A stretch of DNA of 64,000 nucleotides from Candidatus Eiseniibacteriota bacterium (lineage in GTDB: Bacteria > Eisenbacteria > RBG-16-71-46): contig JANMQY010000114.1 in assembly GCA_031370785.1 (NCBI GenBank), positions 43,417 to 107,416 of the forward strand, written 5' to 3'. Numbering within the stretch: the first letter of the stretch is position 1; each line of letters opens with the position of its first letter. The notes under the pieces are model-generated. The model saw only the letters and a program-made list of their open reading frames with translations, had not been told where the DNA came from and searched no databases. Position numbers and translations under genes: made by a program. Below, in pieces: positions 29,493 to 41,229 of the stretch.

Positions 29493-30206
29493 TCACTCCC
29501 CGACGACGGTTCCGACCGACTCGCCCTTCACCACCCGCAGCAGATTGCCGCGCACGCCGACGTTGAACACCACCAGCGGAAGCCGGTTGTCCATGCACAG
29601 CGAGATGGCGGTCGAGTCCATGACCTTGAGTCCTCGGTTCAGGATATCGAGGTAGCTGATGCGAGGGAAGAAGGTCGCTGCCGGATCCTTGACCGGATCG
29701 CCGCTGTAAACGCCGTCCACCTTGGTCGCCTTGAGGATCACGTCGGCGCCGACCTCGATCGCCCGCAGCGCCGCGGCGGTGTCGGTCGTGAAGTACGGGT
29801 TTCCGGTGCCGGCCGCGAGCACCACGATGCGCCCCTTCTCGAGGTGGCGCACCGCGCGCCGGCGGATGTACGGCTCGCACACCCGCGCCATCTCGATCGC
29901 CGACATCACCCGGGTGTACATGCCGCGCTTCTCGAGCGCGTGCTGCAGCGCAAGGCTGTTGATCACCGTCGCGAGCATGCCCATGTAATCGGCGCCCACG
30001 CGATCCATGCCGCGGGTGCTGGCCGCCAGCCCGCGGAAGATGTTGCCTCCGCCGGTGACGATTCCGATCTGGACCCCGAGCTCGTGCACCTCGAAGATCT
30101 CGTCCGCGAGGGCGTGCAGCACCTGCTCGTCGATGCCATGGCCGGCGCCGCCCGCGAGCAGTTCCCCGCTGAGCTTGAGCAGGATGCGCTGGTAGGGCGC
30201 GGCCAA
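29493..30206 (-). CDS. pyrH: UMP kinase
   Basis: [25 protein letters not shown]. Confidence 0.98.
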   Translation of the reverse strand: MAAPYQRILLKLSGELLAGGAGHGIDEQVLHALADEIFEVHELGVQIGIVTGGGNIFRGLAASTRGMDRVGADYMGMLATVINSLALQHALEKRGMYTRVMSAIEMARVCEPYIRRRAVRHLEKGRIVVLAAGTGNPYFTTDTAAALRAIEVGADVILKATKVDGVYSGDPVKDPAATFFPRISYLDILNRGLKVMDSTAISLCMDNRLPLVVFNVGVRGNLLRVVKGESVGTVVGE

Positions 30207-30210
30207 CGTC

Positions 30211-30807
<597 letters not shown>

Positions 30808-30886
30808 CGTGCTCCTCTTTGGCGTTGCAACGCCCGCCCGCGGAATGAGGCGCGGACGGGCGCGGGGTGGTTTCGGTGAAACCGGA

Positions 30887-31657
30887 TCAGACGGTTGCGG
30901 CGTCCGTCGGCACGCCTTCGGTCTCGGCGCCCTCGCCGCCGAACGAGACCGTCTCCTGCTCCCCGCCCTCCAGCTTGGTCGCGCGCGCTTCGAGCGCGGT
31001 GTCGGCCGCGAATCGCGTGAACAGCCGGATCGAGCGAATCGCGTCATCGTTGCCCGGAATCGGGAAGTTGATCACGGTCGGATCGCAGTTGGTGTCGACC
31101 ACTCCCACGATCGGAACGCCGAGCCGGTTGGCCTCGGCCACGGCGATCTTCTCCTTGCGCGTGTCGACGATAAACACGATCGCCGGCAACCCCGGCATCT
31201 CCTTGATCCCGGCGAACGCAAACTCGAGGCGCTGGCGCTCGCGCGTCAGGCGCGACACTTCCTTCTTCGCGAGCTTCTCGAACGTGCCATCGGTCGCCAT
31301 GCGGTCGAGGTCGTGAAGGCGCTTGATGCTGGTGCGGATGGTCTTGAAGTTGGTGAGCATGCCACCCAGCCAGCGCTCGGTGACGTAGTACATCCCGCAG
31401 CGCGTCGCTTCATCGACGATGATGGTCTTGGCCTGCTTCTTCGTGCCGACGAACAGGATGTGCCCGCCCGCGCGCACTACCTTCTCCATCACCGCCCGCG
31501 CTTCCTGAACGCACTTCAGGGTCTTCTGCAGGTCGATGATGTAGATCCCGTTGCGCTCCATGAAGATGAATTTCTTCATCTGTGGATTCCAGCGCCGGGT
31601 CTGATGCCCGAAGTGAACTCCCGCTTCGAGCAGGTCCTTCATGGTGATCTCTGCCAC
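30887..31657 (-). CDS. rpsB: 30S ribosomal protein S2
   Basis: [32 protein letters not shown]. Confidence 0.98.
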   Translation of the reverse strand: MAEITMKDLLEAGVHFGHQTRRWNPQMKKFIFMERNGIYIIDLQKTLKCVQEARAVMEKVVRAGGHILFVGTKKQAKTIIVDEATRCGMYYVTERWLGGMLTNFKTIRTSIKRLHDLDRMATDGTFEKLAKKEVSRLTRERQRLEFAFAGIKEMPGLPAIVFIVDTRKEKIAVAEANRLGVPIVGVVDTNCDPTVINFPIPGNDDAIRSIRLFTRFAADTALEARATKLEGGEQETVSFGGEGAETEGVPTDAATV

Positions 31658-31659
31658 TG

Positions 31660-31760
31660 CTTCCTCCTGACTCGGGGTTGCATCCTCCGCACCGTCTTCG
31701 ACTCCGCGCGCGACCCGCCCTCGGGCGGGACCCCGGCGCTTACGACGATGCGTGTGTGAT
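31660..31760 (-). promoter_or_regulatory. rpsB (S2) autoregulatory leader RNA
   Basis: ACACACGCATCG...CCGGGGT...hairpin...CGGTGCGGAGG..AACCCC matches the architecture of the conserved S2 leader, including the GGGU/ACCC pseudoknot. Confidence 0.8.
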
Positions 31761-31781
31761 CGGTCGGCTAAGGCGTGACGA

Positions 31782-32182
31782 CTAGCGCTTGCTGAACTGG
31801 AAGCGCTTGCGTGCGCCCGGCTGTCCGTACTTCTTGCGTTCCTTCATGCGCGAATCGCGGGTGAGCAGGCCTTCACGGCCCAGCAACCCGCGCAGCGCCT
31901 CGTCCTCGAGCAGGAGCGCACGCGCGATCGCCATGCGAAGCGCGCCCGACTGCCCGGTGTGTCCGCCGCCATGCACGCGCGCGGTCACGTCGTACTTTCC
32001 CGCGGTGTTGGTCACCACCAGCGCGTGGAACGCGGCCTGCACCAGCGTCTCGCGCTTCAGATACTCGAGCGGCGCCCGGTCGTTGATGGTGTGCTTTCCG
32101 TTGCCCGGCATCAGGCGCACGCGCGCCACCGACTCCTTGCGCCGACCGGTTCTCGGCTTGTTTCCCAGCTGACTGGTCGCCA

Positions 32183-32183
<1 letters not shown>
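31782..32183 (-). CDS. rpsI: 30S ribosomal protein S9
   Basis: [31 protein letters not shown]. Confidence 0.98.
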
Positions 32184-32632
<449 letters not shown>

Positions 32633-32736
32633 GCGTCCTCCAGGTCACTGCATCGAGGGAGCGCGAGTCGCATCATCGGCCTGGTCGAGGCCGTGCGCGA
32701 TGGCGGGACACCCTCGCTATCCATAAGAAGCGAGGG

Positions 32737-32766
32737 AAGCTAGCACGCGCCTCAAAGCAGTGTCAA
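32737..32766 (-). promoter_or_regulatory. Promoter of rplM-rpsI
   Basis: TTGACA-N18-TAGCTT with extended TG; followed by hairpin CCCTCGCT/AGCGAGGG in the leader. Confidence 0.7.
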
Positions 32767-32876
32767 GCCTTGGGCCCCTTCGGATGAACTGGCCGCGCGG
32801 CCAGTCGAGGCGGCGGCCCCTCGACTCGTTCCAGAACGAGTTGCCCCATCGGACGAGTCGACTACGGCGCCGCGCT

Positions 32877-33467
32877 TCAGACGAACTCGGCCAGCACCCG
32901 GCGAAGGCGCGACAGCGGCAGCCCCACCACGTTGCACCAGTCTCCATCGATCCGGCGCACGAACTGCGCGGCAGTGCCCTGAATTCCGTAGGCGCCGGCC
33001 TTGTCCAGCGGCTCTCCGGTGCGCACGTAGGCCTCGAGCTCTCGGTCGGAAAGCTTCTCGAACTGGACCTGGGTGTGCTCGGAAGCGGTGCGCTGCTCGT
33101 CGTCGCGCACCACCGCGATTCCGGTCCAGACCTCGTGGACGCGTCCCTGGAGCTGGCGCAGCATGGCAAGCGCCTCAGCCGCATCCGCGGGTTTGCCGAG
33201 GCGCACCCCGCGCGCCACCACCACTGTGTCCGCGCCGATCACGAGACTTCCCGGACGGGTGGCCGCGACCCGCTTCGCCTTGTCGAGGGCGAGCGCGCGC
33301 ACCCCGTGACGCGGCTCGGCGTGACCTGGCCATTGGCGGTCGGGACCAGGGTCGACCACGGTGAAGGTCGCTCCCACCTGGCGCAGCAGCTGAACCCGGC
33401 GCGGCGATGCCGAGGCCAGCACCAGCGGGGCCCGCCCCGGAAAGAACAGCGAATCCCGGGCGCTCAT
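32877..33467 (-). CDS. maf: Maf family nucleoside-triphosphate pyrophosphatase (YhdE-type)
   Basis: LASASPRR, GADTVV, GKP, GEPLDKAGAYGIQG, NVVGLP. Confidence 0.93.
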   Translation of the reverse strand: MSARDSLFFPGRAPLVLASASPRRVQLLRQVGATFTVVDPGPDRQWPGHAEPRHGVRALALDKAKRVAATRPGSLVIGADTVVVARGVRLGKPADAAEALAMLRQLQGRVHEVWTGIAVVRDDEQRTASEHTQVQFEKLSDRELEAYVRTGEPLDKAGAYGIQGTAAQFVRRIDGDWCNVVGLPLSRLRRVLAEFV

Positions 33468-33925
33468 GGGGCCCTGCGCTCCGGCGCCGGGGTCTCGATC
33501 ATCAGCGTCACCGGCCCGTCATTGGTGAGTTCGACCGCCATGTGTGCGCGGAACGCCCCGCGCTCGACCGGGACTCCTTCTGCGGCCAGCGTGGCGCAGA
33601 AGCGCTCGAACAGCGGCTCTGCGTGCTCGGGCCGAGCCGCGGCGGTGAACTCCGGCCGACGTCCACGCCGCGCGTCTCCGTACAGCGTGAACTGCGGCAC
33701 GACCAGTGCCCGGCCCGCGACCTCGCACAGGTCGCGATTCATCTTCCCCTCGCCGTCGTCGAACACGCGCAGCCCAGCGACCTTGCGCGCCAGCCAGTCG
33801 GCCTGATCGTTGCCATCGTCATGGGTGGCGCCGAGCAGCACCAGCAGACCGGCCTCGACCTCGCCCGTGACCACGCCCTCCACCAGCACCCGGGCCCGCT
33901 TCACCCGCTGCACCAGCGCCCTCAC
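33464..33925 (-). CDS. dtd: D-aminoacyl-tRNA deacylase
   Basis: VRALVQRV, PQFTL, GRRP, NDGPVT. Confidence 0.96.
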   Translation of the reverse strand: MRALVQRVKRARVLVEGVVTGEVEAGLLVLLGATHDDGNDQADWLARKVAGLRVFDDGEGKMNRDLCEVAGRALVVPQFTLYGDARRGRRPEFTAAARPEHAEPLFERFCATLAAEGVPVERGAFRAHMAVELTNDGPVTLMIETPAPERRAP

Positions 33926-36129
33926 TCTTCCTCTCCTGCCGCGCGTTGCGGAGGATTCGGCGGCCGGATCAGGCGCTGGCGTCGCTCGACCCGAGCCACG
34001 CCCGGAACGCGACGGACCGCCGCCATCACCTCCTGCAGCCTGGCGACGTTCGGCACTTCGACCACGAACACGCCGCGCGCGGTGTGGTCCTCGCTCGCCA
34101 TCCCGGCGGTGCGGATGTTGACCGGGATCGCCGCGATCGCCTTGGCGATGTCGGCGAGCAGCGAGGTGCGATCCTGCCCGTACACCACGAGCCGCACCGG
34201 GAAGGTCTCGCTCGCCTGCGTGTCCCACTCGACCGAGACTCTCCGCTCGGGCTCGACCCGGTTGTTGAACGTGTTGGGACAGTCCTGCCGATGCACCGAC
34301 ACTCCGCGCCCGATGGTGACGATACCGACCACCGGATCGCCGGGCACCGGCTGGCAGCAGCGCGCAAAGCTGAGCATCACATTGTCGAGACCCTGGATGC
34401 GCACTCCTCCGGTGGGCTTGCGCCCGAGCCCGAGCGCTTCGAGCGGGCCCTTGGCGAAACGCTCGGCGAAACCCTCCTTCTGCGGCGCCAGCCTGCGCAC
34501 GACCTGGGTCAGCGAGAGTTGCCCCTCGGCCAGCCGCGCGTACATCTGTTCCGGATCCTCGCACTCCAGATCGGTCGCGACCTGCTTGAGCTGCGCATCG
34601 TCCGCGGTCAGGCGCATGCGCTTGAGCTCGCGCTCCACCATCTCGCGCCCGAGCGCCACGCTGTCGACGTGCCGGCGCTGGCGCAGCCAGTGGCGGACTT
34701 TGGCGCGCGCGCCGGCGGTGCGCACGATCTGCAGCCAGTCCTCGTGCGGCTGGGCCTGCGCCGAGGTGATGATCTCGACCGTGTCGCCGTTACGCAGCTC
34801 GTGGCGCAACGGCACCAGCTCGCCGTTGACGCGCGCGCCAACGGTGCGCTGTCCGACCTGGGTGTGGATCAGGAACGCGAAGTCGAGCGGAGTCGATCCC
34901 TTCGGCAGCCGCTTGAGCTCGCGGCGCGGCGTGTACACGAACACTTCTTCCTGGTAGAGCGCGGTGCGCAGGAAGTCCATGTACTCGTCGTCGCTGGCGG
35001 AGCGCTGCCAGTCGGCGGTCTGGGCGACGAATCCGCCGAGCTTGGCGTCGAGTTCCTCATCCATGCGCCCGCCCTGCTTGTACACGTAGTGCGCCGCAAT
35101 TCCGGTCTCGGCGGTGCGATGCATGTCGCGGGTGCGGATCTGCACCTCGACCATGTCGCCTTTGCGGGTGAGCACGGTGGTGTGCAGCGACTGGTACATG
35201 TTGCTCTTCGGAGTGGCGATGTAGTCCTTGAATCTCTCGGCGACCGGCGTGAACTGGTCGTGCACCACGCCCAGCGCGCGATAGCAGTCGTTGCGGGTGT
35301 GGGTGATGATGCGCAGGCCGAACAGGTCGTAGATCGCCTCGAAGTCGTGCCCGCCGCGCATCTTGTTGTAGATCGAGAAGAAGTGCTTCGGGCGTCCGCT
35401 GACCTCGGCCTTGACCCCGGCGGCGCGCAGCCCCTCCTCGAGGCGCACGCGCACGTCCGAGAGTATCGCCTCGCGCTCCTCGCGCCGCGCCTGGATGCGC
35501 TGCACCAGATCCGCATACGCCTCTGGATCGAGCACCTTGAGGCTTCCGTCCTCGAGCTCGCGCTTGATGCCGGCCATACCGAGCCGGTGCGCGAGCGGCG
35601 CGTAGATGTCGCGGGTCTCGGCGGCGATGCGTTGCGCCTTGTCGGGACGCAGGAACTCGATGGTGCGCATGTTGTGCAGGCGGTCGGCGAGCTTGATGAA
35701 GATGACGCGCAGGTCGCGCGCCATCGACAGCAGCATCTTGCGGAAGTTCTCGGCCTGCTCCGCCTCGTGGCTGTCGAAGTGGAGCCCGGCCAGCTTGGTG
35801 ACGCCCTCCACCAGGCTTCCGACTTCCTTGCCGAAGCGCTTCTCGACGTCCTCGGCCGTCACCCCGGTGTCTTCGACCACATCGTGCAGCAGGGCCGCGC
35901 ACACCAGGGTCGTGTCGAGCCGCGACTCGAGCAGGTCGAGAAGGATGAGCGCGACCTCGACGACGTGGCTGACGTAGGGCTGGCCCGACTCGCGCAACTG
36001 ATCGCGGTGGGCCTGCGCCACAAAATCGAAGCAGGCCGCGACCCGATCCCGATCCACCCGGGGGGCGCGCTCGTCGAGCGCGGCGATCAGCGCGGCCCGC
36101 AGCTCCAGATGGGCGGCGCTGCCGGTCAC
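33922..36129 (-). CDS. rel: Bifunctional (p)ppGpp synthetase/hydrolase (long RSH)
   Basis: Intact HD (LLHDVVED), RFKD, YQSLHT, EVQIRT, TGS, CC.P and ACT domains. Confidence 0.95.
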   Translation of the reverse strand: MTGSAAHLELRAALIAALDERAPRVDRDRVAACFDFVAQAHRDQLRESGQPYVSHVVEVALILLDLLESRLDTTLVCAALLHDVVEDTGVTAEDVEKRFGKEVGSLVEGVTKLAGLHFDSHEAEQAENFRKMLLSMARDLRVIFIKLADRLHNMRTIEFLRPDKAQRIAAETRDIYAPLAHRLGMAGIKRELEDGSLKVLDPEAYADLVQRIQARREEREAILSDVRVRLEEGLRAAGVKAEVSGRPKHFFSIYNKMRGGHDFEAIYDLFGLRIITHTRNDCYRALGVVHDQFTPVAERFKDYIATPKSNMYQSLHTTVLTRKGDMVEVQIRTRDMHRTAETGIAAHYVYKQGGRMDEELDAKLGGFVAQTADWQRSASDDEYMDFLRTALYQEEVFVYTPRRELKRLPKGSTPLDFAFLIHTQVGQRTVGARVNGELVPLRHELRNGDTVEIITSAQAQPHEDWLQIVRTAGARAKVRHWLRQRRHVDSVALGREMVERELKRMRLTADDAQLKQVATDLECEDPEQMYARLAEGQLSLTQVVRRLAPQKEGFAERFAKGPLEALGLGRKPTGGVRIQGLDNVMLSFARCCQPVPGDPVVGIVTIGRGVSVHRQDCPNTFNNRVEPERRVSVEWDTQASETFPVRLVVYGQDRTSLLADIAKAIAAIPVNIRTAGMASEDHTARGVFVVEVPNVARLQEVMAAVRRVPGVARVERRQRLIRPPNPPQRAAGEEE

Positions 36130-37838
36130 GGCAACCTCACCCCCTTCACCTTGAGCTGGATCCGCGTCACGCCCATCCATTCGTTTCGGGTGGGCACGAA
36201 CGCCACGTCGCAGCGTCCGGCACGGGTTACCGACTGCGCGCGCTCGCCGAGTCCGAATCCGATCGCCTCGGCGACTCCGGTCGCGTCGCGCAGGCGCAGG
36301 CGCAGGTGCTTGCCGCCCCCGACCGCGCTGGCGTGCTCCACGATCACGTTTTCGGCGCGGAACAGCGGCTCCGGATTGTCGAGCCCATGAGGCGACATGC
36401 GCTCCAGCCAGTCCACCAGCTCGTGCGTGCACTCGGCCAGCGTCAGCTCGCCGTCGATCACCAGGCGCGGCACGCAGTCTTCGGGCGCGAGCCGCTCACG
36501 CACCAGAGTTTCGAAGCGCGCGCGCAGCTCGGGCAGGCGCAGACGCGAAACGGTGAGTCCGGCTGCGAACGCGTGACCGCCGTAGGCTTCGAGCAGATCT
36601 CCGCACTCGCCCAGCAGTCGGTTGAGATCGAGCCCGGGCAGACTGCGGCCCGAACCCCGCCCGCGATCCCCGTCCAGAACCACGAGCACGGTCGGGCGCT
36701 GAAAGCGCTCGACCAGGCGCGAGGCCACGATCCCGATCACGCCCGGGTGCCACTCATCCGACCACAGCATGATCGAGGAGCAATTGGGCCAGCCGAGCTC
36801 GGTCTCGACGCGCTGCTCGGCTTCCGCCAGCGCGGCCTCGTCGAATCGGCGCCGGCGCTCGTTGTCTTCCTCGAGGCTCTCGGCGCACGCGCGCGCCTCG
36901 CTCTCATCGCGGCTCAGCAGCAGTCGCACGCCCTGCTCGGCGTTGCCCATGCGGCCCGCGGCATTGATTCGCGGCGCGAGCACGAACGCGACCTGGCCAC
37001 TGGTGATGCGCTTGCCCGAGAGTCCGGCGACGTCGACCAGCGCGCGCAGCCCGAGCCGTTCGCCGCGATTCAGGTGGTCCAAGCCGAACCGCGCGAGCAC
37101 CCGGTTCTCGCCGATCAGCGGCACCACGTCGGCGATGGTGCCGAGCGCGACCACGTCGAGCGCGTTGCGCGCGCGCTCCAGCCCGCCGCGGCCGCGAAGC
37201 AGGCCCTGGACCAGCTTGAACGTGACCCCGACTCCGGCCAGCGACTTGAACGGATACGGGCAGCCCGGGCGCAGCGGATTGACCAGCGCGACCGCGCTGG
37301 GCAGCACCGTGGGCGGCTCGTGATGGTCGGTGATCACCGTGTCGATGCCGAGCGTGGTGGCGCGGGCCACCGGCTCGACCGCGGTGACGCCGCAGTCCAC
37401 GGTCACGATCAGCGTGCACGCGCGGCGGTGGGCTTCGTCGATCGCATCGAGCGAGAGCCCGTAGCCGTCCTTGGTCCGGTGCGGAATGCGGTAGTCCACC
37501 TTCGCGCCGAGCCCCACGAGCACGTGGTAGAGCAGGAAGGTGGATGTGATCCCGTCGACGTCGTAATCGCCGTGGACCAGGATGCGCTCGCTGCCTTCGA
37601 TCGCACGCTGGATACGCTCGACCGCGCGATCGAGGTCGAGCAGCAGGAACGGGTCGGACAGGTCCTCGAGCGACGGCTCGAGGAAGCGCCGCGCGGCATC
37701 GACCGAGTCCACCCCGCGATTGACCAGGGCGTGCGCGACCGCCGTCGGTGAGCCGAGCGCGCGCGCCAGATCCAGCGCGCGATCCAGGTCGCGCCGTGTG
37801 TGCAGCGTCCACTGCGGTACGACCGGCGGTGCGATCAC
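36126..37838 (-). CDS. recJ: ssDNA exonuclease RecJ
   Basis: GDYDVDG, TVDCG, TDHH, APRINAAGR, YGGHAFAAG; GTG start chosen downstream of the predicted promoter. Confidence 0.95.
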   Translation of the reverse strand: MIAPPVVPQWTLHTRRDLDRALDLARALGSPTAVAHALVNRGVDSVDAARRFLEPSLEDLSDPFLLLDLDRAVERIQRAIEGSERILVHGDYDVDGITSTFLLYHVLVGLGAKVDYRIPHRTKDGYGLSLDAIDEAHRRACTLIVTVDCGVTAVEPVARATTLGIDTVITDHHEPPTVLPSAVALVNPLRPGCPYPFKSLAGVGVTFKLVQGLLRGRGGLERARNALDVVALGTIADVVPLIGENRVLARFGLDHLNRGERLGLRALVDVAGLSGKRITSGQVAFVLAPRINAAGRMGNAEQGVRLLLSRDESEARACAESLEEDNERRRRFDEAALAEAEQRVETELGWPNCSSIMLWSDEWHPGVIGIVASRLVERFQRPTVLVVLDGDRGRGSGRSLPGLDLNRLLGECGDLLEAYGGHAFAAGLTVSRLRLPELRARFETLVRERLAPEDCVPRLVIDGELTLAECTHELVDWLERMSPHGLDNPEPLFRAENVIVEHASAVGGGKHLRLRLRDATGVAEAIGFGLGERAQSVTRAGRCDVAFVPTRNEWMGVTRIQLKVKGVRLP

Positions 37839-37887
37839 AGGGCTTTCTGGGGTCGAGAGGGTGGCTGGCGGCAGTTGATGGACCACG

Positions 37888-37916
37888 ACGCTAACAGCCG
37901 GCTTCGCCGCGAGCAA
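37888..37916 (-). promoter_or_regulatory. Promoter of recJ-rel-dtd-maf
   Basis: TTGCTC-N17-TAGCGT with extended TG. Confidence 0.5.
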
Positions 37917-37997
37917 GACGCGCGCCTGCCAGCCCGAGTCCCGATGCGGGCGCATGACGAGACGCCCGGCGCATTTTCGCGCCGGGCGCAGAAACAA

Positions 37998-38383
<386 letters not shown>

Positions 38384-38400
<17 letters not shown>

Positions 38401-38821
38401 AACCTGTGTGACGATCCAGTGTGTCGTTGACCAGCTGGTCGGCGCGAGCGTTCTTCTCGCGACGCACCGCCGTGTATCGCACCGCCGCGACCCTCGCGGC
38501 GGCCTGCCGCGCCTTCTCGTGGAGCGGCTTCAATCCCGGGTTCTTCACCCGGTACTCGCCGGTCATCTGCCTGATGACCAGTTCGGAATCCATGCAGACC
38601 AGCAGCGGCGCCGCGGCGAGACGCACCGCGGTCTCGAGCCCGGCGATCAGTGCGTGATATTCGGCGACGTTGTTGGTGACGCTTCCGAGATAATCGCCGC
38701 GGGCCTCGATCTCGCGGCCGTCGGGCGCGAAGAGAACGAAGGCCGATGCGCCAGGCCCGGGGTTGCCGCGCGAGCCGCCGTCGCAGTGCAGCACCCACTC
38801 GTTCGCGCGCGCCTCGGTCAT
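38384..38821 (-). CDS. rnhA: Ribonuclease HI (archaeal/actinobacterial-like type)
   Basis: DGGSRGNPG, TNNVAEY, DSELV, N..AD.L.N. Confidence 0.93.
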
Positions 38822-38830
38822 GGACGCAGA

Positions 38831-40273
38831 CTAGTCGAGGGCTTCGCGGGCGGCAAGCGCACCGCCCGAATCGTCCGCCGGCTCGAGCCAGCCTGCGCGC
38901 GCGAGCGCCTTCCACGCGTCGTCCGCTCCGAGCCGGATCAATCGCTCGGCGCTCGAGGGATCGATCCCGAGCAGGGAGGCCGGCAGCATTCCGGTCGGTT
39001 CGACCACACACACCCGCGCCGGATCGCCTTCGCGGCTCCAGCCCTCCGGCAGCTGGCGCAGCTCGGACTGAAGGTCGCGCCAGTTCGCGATCTGCGGCAG
39101 GCGCGAGAGGATCTCCAGCACGTTCGGCTCCGGGCCCATCGGCGGCGGACCGCCGCTCGGCGAGACCAGCACGATCAGCAGCGAGTCCGCGCCGTCGGCC
39201 AGCACCGCATGCAGCGGCTGATTCGAGAACACGCCGCCGTCGATGTAGTCGTGCCCGTTGAAATGCGCCGGCTCGAACACCAGCGGCACCGCTGAAGACG
39301 CCACTGCCGCATCGAGCACCTGGTCGAGGGTATGGAGCGGAACGACCTCGCCCAGATTCTTGGCGACCCGTTCCCGGAATGCGGCCGGCACGTCGCGCTC
39401 GGTCACGAAGTGATGCATCCGACCGGTGTCGACTGCGCACGCGCTCAGGATCAAGTTCACGTCCGGGCGCAGAACGGACCCCGGCGCGTCAGCGATCAGG
39501 CGCTCCATCAGACGGCGGCGCGCGCTCCCGCGCCACAGCCCGCGGCCACCGGTCTCTGGCAACAGATGCATCATCAGGCGGCGCGCCCAGCCCTCGCGCC
39601 TTCCGGCGCGACCCGCGATCCAGAGCAGCGTCATCACCAGCAGCGCCATGAGATGCGCGCGGCGCGGCCACGACACCGCGACGAGTGCGGGGATCACGTA
39701 GAGCGCCGCGGCCGCGATCAGTGCCTGCTCGAGGATGCGCAGTGGCCGCTCCGGATCGGCGGCCGAGGCGCGCCGCGACACGGCGTCCTCGATCCGGTGC
39801 GACTGGAACGCGAGCGTCGCGCCGAGCACCGCCATGATCAGCCACACCGCGATCTCAGCGAGCATCGAGCCGATCCCGATCGGGATTCCGCTCACGCGGG
39901 TCGCGATCTGCGGGATCAGGCGCAGCATCGGCATGTCGGCGAACACCAGCACCAGCTGAAAGGTCGCGAGCACGACCAGGATCGCGCCGATGGCGCCGGC
40001 GGCGAGCGAGATCCAGCGCAGCCCGATGCCGGACGGTTCCAGCTCGCGCCAGCCGCGCAGCAGCGGCTCGGTGCGCATGTCGTGCGCGACCCACACCACC
40101 GCGTTGACCGCGCCCACCGAGACCCCGAGCACGATGTGGGGACGGATACACGCGCGCTCCAGGGTTTCGAGCGCGCCAGCCTCGTAGGCGCCCATCGCGC
40201 CGCCGCCGGAAAGCACCAGTGCCAGCCTGCGGAAGGGCAGGTCGCGGCGCACTCTCCGGGCCTCGGCGCTCAT
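38831..40273 (-). CDS. Patatin-like phospholipase with four inserted transmembrane helices
   Basis: LSGGGAMG oxyanion motif, GVSVG nucleophile, ASSAVP, DGG catalytic Asp; four hydrophobic segments lie between Ser and Asp. Confidence 0.85.
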   Translation of the reverse strand: MSAEARRVRRDLPFRRLALVLSGGGAMGAYEAGALETLERACIRPHIVLGVSVGAVNAVVWVAHDMRTEPLLRGWRELEPSGIGLRWISLAAGAIGAILVVLATFQLVLVFADMPMLRLIPQIATRVSGIPIGIGSMLAEIAVWLIMAVLGATLAFQSHRIEDAVSRRASAADPERPLRILEQALIAAAALYVIPALVAVSWPRRAHLMALLVMTLLWIAGRAGRREGWARRLMMHLLPETGGRGLWRGSARRRLMERLIADAPGSVLRPDVNLILSACAVDTGRMHHFVTERDVPAAFRERVAKNLGEVVPLHTLDQVLDAAVASSAVPLVFEPAHFNGHDYIDGGVFSNQPLHAVLADGADSLLIVLVSPSGGPPPMGPEPNVLEILSRLPQIANWRDLQSELRQLPEGWSREGDPARVCVVEPTGMLPASLLGIDPSSAERLIRLGADDAWKALARAGWLEPADDSGGALAAREALD

Positions 40274-40293
40274 CGCGGGCGCCGCCTAAGCGA

Positions 40294-41007
40294 TCAGGCC
40301 GAGTCGGGCGGCCACACCAACAGCCGTCCGCAGCCGTCGCAGATGATCAGCCGATCGCGCTTCCGCGCGTCCTGCAGTATCTGCGGCGGTTGGGTGCGAT
40401 AGCAGCCGCCGCATGCGCCCTTGGAGATCGCGACCACCGCGATGCCGCCGCGCGAAGCCACGACCCGCTCGTAACGTGAACGGATGGTCGGAGAGAGCCC
40501 CTCGATCAGCTTCGCGCGCTCCGCCTCGAGCACCGCGACGCGGTCGCGCTCGGTCTTCTCCTCGGCGTCGATGGCGGCCAGGCGCTCGGCCATCTCGCGT
40601 TCGGCCGCTTTCAGCTCGTGCTCGATCGGCGCGCGATCGGCCTCCGCCGCCTGTTCCTCGTCCATGCGCATGAGCACCACCGTCTCCAGCTCCGAGCGCT
40701 TCGCCTTTGCACCCGAGATCTCATGCAGAAGCGCGGTGTATTCCTCGTTCTTCTTCACCGCCGGCAGCTGGCTCTGGAACTTGCGCTCCTGCTCGGTCGC
40801 GACTTCGATGTCCTTCTCGAGCTGGCGCCGCGTCTTCTGCAGCTCGGAGACGCGCTTCTTCCACCCTTCGAGGCGCGCACGCTCGTTGGACACCCGGGTC
40901 TCGAGCGACTTGCGCTGCTCGGGCAATCGCGCCAGCGCCTCCTTGCGCGCGACCACCTGCTCGTCCAGCCCACGCAGCGACCACAGTCGGTCGATCTCGT
41001 CGCTCAC
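40294..41007 (-). CDS. Coiled-coil C4-type zinc-ribbon protein (DUF164/CT398-like)
   Basis: Long coiled coil, KKNEEY..L.HEI, CGGC...CDGCGRLL; GTG start after GGAGG. Confidence 0.9.
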   Translation of the reverse strand: MSDEIDRLWSLRGLDEQVVARKEALARLPEQRKSLETRVSNERARLEGWKKRVSELQKTRRQLEKDIEVATEQERKFQSQLPAVKKNEEYTALLHEISGAKAKRSELETVVLMRMDEEQAAEADRAPIEHELKAAEREMAERLAAIDAEEKTERDRVAVLEAERAKLIEGLSPTIRSRYERVVASRGGIAVVAISKGACGGCYRTQPPQILQDARKRDRLIICDGCGRLLVWPPDSA

Positions 41008-41021
41008 CAGTTGCCTCCAGC

Positions 41022-41057
41022 AATGAAAAGCGGGGATGCCTCGAAAGGCATCCCCGC
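41022..41057 (-). terminator. Intrinsic terminator
   Basis: GCGGGGATGCC-TTTCGA-GGCATCCCCGC followed by TTTTCATT. Confidence 0.8.
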
Positions 41058-41211
41058 GCGCGATACGCAGGTCGTGCACCGCAGTCGGGCGGCGGCAATC
41101 CGCGGAACGGGTCGGGATTGCCAGAAGCCACGCTGCGTCGAGACCATCATCGGTGAGTCACTCCCGCTCGACGCCCTCGAGGGGCGCCCAGGGCCGCGGC
41201 ACGAGGGGACG
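41049..41211 (-). ncRNA. Candidate structured RNA of unassigned class
   Basis: The ends pair (CGUCCCCUCGUGC with GCGCGCGGGGAUG); it also has a long internal hairpin (GGUC/GACC, CGCAG/CUGCG, GUGGC/GCCGC, GGCAAUCC/GGAUUGCC) and a GGCGCCC/GGGCGUC hairpin. Confidence 0.45.
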
Positions 41212-41229
41212 TGCATGGCGCATGGAAAA

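Noticed and set aside
38831..40273. Patatin as a CBASS/CapV defence effector
   Set aside because: There is no CD-NTase or other defence gene nearby, and both context and composition are core-like.
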